From a virus (lineage: Duplodnaviria; Caudoviricetes): DNA of 26,008 bases. Shown here one piece after another: positions 23,675 to 26,008 of the stretch (positions within the stretch are counted from its first letter, which is position 1; each line of letters begins with the position of its first letter). The stretch is from positions 1 to 26,008 of the IMG/VR virus record IMGVR_UViG_3300021138_000149, one strand, 5' to 3'. Position numbers and translations under genes: made by a program. Under the pieces are notes generated by a model that saw only the letters and a program-made list of their open reading frames with translations, searched no databases and was not told where the DNA came from.

Positions 23675-25392
23675 TGGCCGCATCTGGTTACACACCAATC
23701 ATTTTATTAAACAGTACAACCACTGGTAACACTCCAACGACTAGCAATCTAGCGGTTGGTGAATTGGCCATCAATGTTACTGATGGAAAATTGTTCTTCA
23801 ACCAATCTGGAACTATTAAAGTTCTAGCAAACGCAACCTACGCAACTAGCGTAAGCACTATTTCTTTTGGTACTACGGGTCTTACCCCAAGCACAGCCAC
23901 CAATGGTGTGGTGACTGTTGCAGGTACTTTGGCAGTAGCCAATGGCGGTACTGGTGTCACCACATCTACAGGCACAGGCTCTGTAGTTTTAAGCACTAGC
24001 CCTACATTGGTAACCCCAATATTGGGAACGCCCACAAGTGGCACGTTAACCAACACAACGGGATTCCCCGCCGCTAATCTAGCTGGCACGGCCTTACCAT
24101 CTGCTATTGTTACAAGTAGCTTAACTGCCGTTGGAACAATCGCCACGGGCGTGTGGAATGGCACAACCATAGCAATAGCCAATGGTGGAACAGGCCAAAC
24201 CACGGCAAGCGCAGGATTCAATGCTTTATCACCCATTACCACAACAGGTGATCTAATCATTGGTAATGGCACTAATAGCGCAACAAGATTGGCGATTGGT
24301 GCAAATACTTATGTGCTTACATCTAATGGCACAACAGCATCTTGGCAAGCATCTAGTGGTTCATCTATTTCTAACGGCACATCCAATGTCACAGTTAATT
24401 CTTCAGGTGGAACAGTCACAATTGCTACTGCGGGTACAACTGCGTTGACGATTGATACAAGTCAAAATGCTACTTTCAATGGTACAGGTGCATTGACTTT
24501 ACCAAGTGGAACAACTGCTCAACGACCATCTAGCCCAACTGCTGGGCAAGAACGATACAACACAACAACTGGGTTTATAGAAATTTATCAATTTGGAACA
24601 TGGAGTGCCATTAGTATTTCTTACACCATTGCATACATAGTTGTTGCTGGTGGTGGCTCCGGTGGATTTGACAGTTCAGGAAACTGCGGCGGTGGTGGTG
24701 CGGGGGGTTATGTTGCTTCTACAGTTACTGGAACTACGAACACTACATATCCAGTAGTTATTGGGGCGGGTGGTACTGCACCTACTTCATCATCATCAGT
24801 AGGAGCAAGTGGCTACAATTCAACTGGATTTGGGCAAACTGCACTTGGTGGTGGTGGCGGTGGTGCCTACAACGACCTAAGTGGCATTTCTGGAGGCTCT
24901 GGTGGTGGCGGTGGACAAACAAACACTTCTGGCGGCTCTGGCACAACTGGTCAGGGTTTTGCAGGAGCAAGTAATTCTGGTATTTCCTCTGGCGGTGGTG
25001 GTGGTGGCGGCGCTGTTGGTTCACAAGCAACTGGGGGTCCTGACAAAGAAATTGGTGGCAATGGCGGCATAGGTTACCAATGGTTAAGTGGCACTTACTA
25101 CGCTGGAGGCGGCGGAGGTTCAAACCACAGTTCTGCTGGAAGTCAAGGTGGTATTGGCGGAACTGGTGGTGGAGGTAATGGTCACTATGGAGCATCTGGC
25201 GCAACCGCTGGAACTGCAAACACTGGTGGTGGAGGCGGTGGCGGTGGTGAAAATAAATCTGCCGCAAATGGTGGTTCTGGCGTTGTAGTTATTCGCTATG
25301 CAGGTTCACAGCGTGGCTCTGGAGGAACTGTTACTAACGCTGGCGGGTATACCTATCACACATTTACAATCTCTGGCACATTTACTGCCTAA
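23674..25392 (+). CDS. Tail fibre protein 2 with C-terminal glycine-rich receptor-binding domain
   Basis: N-terminal P...NL..GELAIN.TDGKLF; LP.GTTAQRP.SP..G..RYNTT; polyglycine domain VAGGG.GG...YAGGGGG...ANTGGGGGG...GGSGVVVIRY. Confidence 0.88.
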   Translation: MAASGYTPIILLNSTTTGNTPTTSNLAVGELAINVTDGKLFFNQSGTIKVLANATYATSVSTISFGTTGLTPSTATNGVVTVAGTLAVANGGTGVTTSTGTGSVVLSTSPTLVTPILGTPTSGTLTNTTGFPAANLAGTALPSAIVTSSLTAVGTIATGVWNGTTIAIANGGTGQTTASAGFNALSPITTTGDLIIGNGTNSATRLAIGANTYVLTSNGTTASWQASSGSSISNGTSNVTVNSSGGTVTIATAGTTALTIDTSQNATFNGTGALTLPSGTTAQRPSSPTAGQERYNTTTGFIEIYQFGTWSAISISYTIAYIVVAGGGSGGFDSSGNCGGGGAGGYVASTVTGTTNTTYPVVIGAGGTAPTSSSSVGASGYNSTGFGQTALGGGGGGAYNDLSGISGGSGGGGGQTNTSGGSGTTGQGFAGASNSGISSGGGGGGGAVGSQATGGPDKEIGGNGGIGYQWLSGTYYAGGGGGSNHSSAGSQGGIGGTGGGGNGHYGASGATAGTANTGGGGGGGGENKSAANGGSGVVVIRYAGSQRGSGGTVTNAGGYTYHTFTISGTFTA

Positions 25393-25416
25393 TCAATCTT
25401 TCAAGGAGCAAATCTT

Positions 25417-25770
25417 ATGTCACATTTTGCAAAAGTAGTTGACGGCAAAGTTTCGCAAGTCATCGTTGCTGAAGCTGAATTCTTCCAAACATTTGTGGAC
25501 TCAAGCCCGGGTGAGTGGATTCAAACCTCATACAACACGCGTGGTGGCGTACACGCTAATGGTGGCACTCCATTGCGTAAGAACTACGCAGGTGTTGGCT
25601 TTACCTACGACCGCACTCGTGATGCGTTCATCCCCCCTCAACCTTTTGCATCTTGGATTCTTGATGACAACACTTGCTTGTGGAATGCACCAGTTGCAAT
25701 GCCTACTGATGGCAAACATTACACATGGGATGAGACTACAAAGGCTTGGGTTGAAGTTCCTGCAAAATAA
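25417..25770 (+). CDS. Tail fibre-associated / assembly protein
   Basis: MSHFA...WIQTSYN...RKNYAG.G.TYD...DAFIPPQP..SW motif, typically found after Gly-rich fibres; AAGGAG SD. Confidence 0.75.
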   Translation: MSHFAKVVDGKVSQVIVAEAEFFQTFVDSSPGEWIQTSYNTRGGVHANGGTPLRKNYAGVGFTYDRTRDAFIPPQPFASWILDDNTCLWNAPVAMPTDGKHYTWDETTKAWVEVPAK

Positions 25771-25783
25771 TTAAGGAGCCGAC

Positions 25784-25819
25784 ATGACAATGATTTTAGA
25801 CGGAACAATCACTTTCTAA
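25784..25819 (+). pseudogene. Probable remnant of a deleted tail-fibre-type gene (MTMILDGTITF*)
   Basis: Strong TAAGGAG SD followed by an 11-codon ORF resembling fibre N-termini. Confidence 0.45.
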
Positions 25820-25875
25820 AGATAAAAAAATGGAAAAACCACAAATCTCAGCACAACAACCTCCAGAGACACCCA

Positions 25876-26008
25876 ATGTCTGATACCGAGAAAGACTTGG
25901 CCGTCCACATTGCAGTCTGTGATGAGCGTTACCGCAACATTGAGCAATCGTTGAAAAGTGGCGAAAGGCGCATGACCAAGATCGAGTATTTGATCTATGC
26001 TGTGATGG
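25876..26008 (+). CDS. Holin/XhlA-like membrane protein, truncated by window edge
   Basis: MSDTEKDLAVHIAVCDERYRNIEQSLKSGERRMTKIEYLIYAVM: coiled coil leading into a hydrophobic segment, after tail genes. Confidence 0.6.
   Translation, partial: MSDTEKDLAVHIAVCDERYRNIEQSLKSGERRMTKIEYLIYAVM

Noticed and set aside
23674-25392. Diversity-generating retroelement target
   Set aside because: No reverse transcriptase and no template/variable repeat pair differing at adenines seen in the window
5210-25774. Minus-strand and alternate-frame ORFs nested in the late genes
   Set aside because: Overlap well-supported structural genes; explained by codon bias and low complexity
1-26008. Alternative genetic code or tRNA genes
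   Set aside because: Standard code gives intact, densely packed genes ending in TAA, TGA and TAG; no cloverleaf with a T-loop motif noticed in the intergenic gaps

Overview
A 26-kb segment of a tailed dsDNA bacteriophage (Caudoviricetes, podovirus-like gene order; a freshwater betaproteobacterial host is only my inference from family resemblance). Bases 1-4312 are a minus-strand cluster of about 20 small early/accessory genes, several below the ORF-track cutoff, fed by three similar TATAAT promoter-leader cassettes. Bases 4445-5300 are a noncoding divergent region with a G-rich strand, an AT-rich tract, short iteron-like repeats and a large inverted repeat around a perfect 16-bp palindrome (candidate origin or genome end). 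Bases 5319-26008 are a plus-strand packaging and virion module: TerS, TerL, an 874-aa polyvalent-type protein (PcfJ-like plus ADP-ribosyltransferase-like), portal, GroES-like co-chaperonin, scaffold, decoration protein, major capsid protein, basic His/Lys-rich proteins, head-tail adaptor, two tail fibres, a fibre-associated protein and a truncated holin-like gene. The most striking unexplained signal is a short K-x-(x)-G-G-x-(V/I) peptide motif. It occurs in four otherwise unrelated proteins of the head module: about 18 copies in one protein, at module junctions in another, and at the C-terminus of the putative ADP-ribosyltransferase effector. This suggests a shared capsid-targeting or protease-processing signal. 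Family assignments come from motif recognition only; no searches were run.
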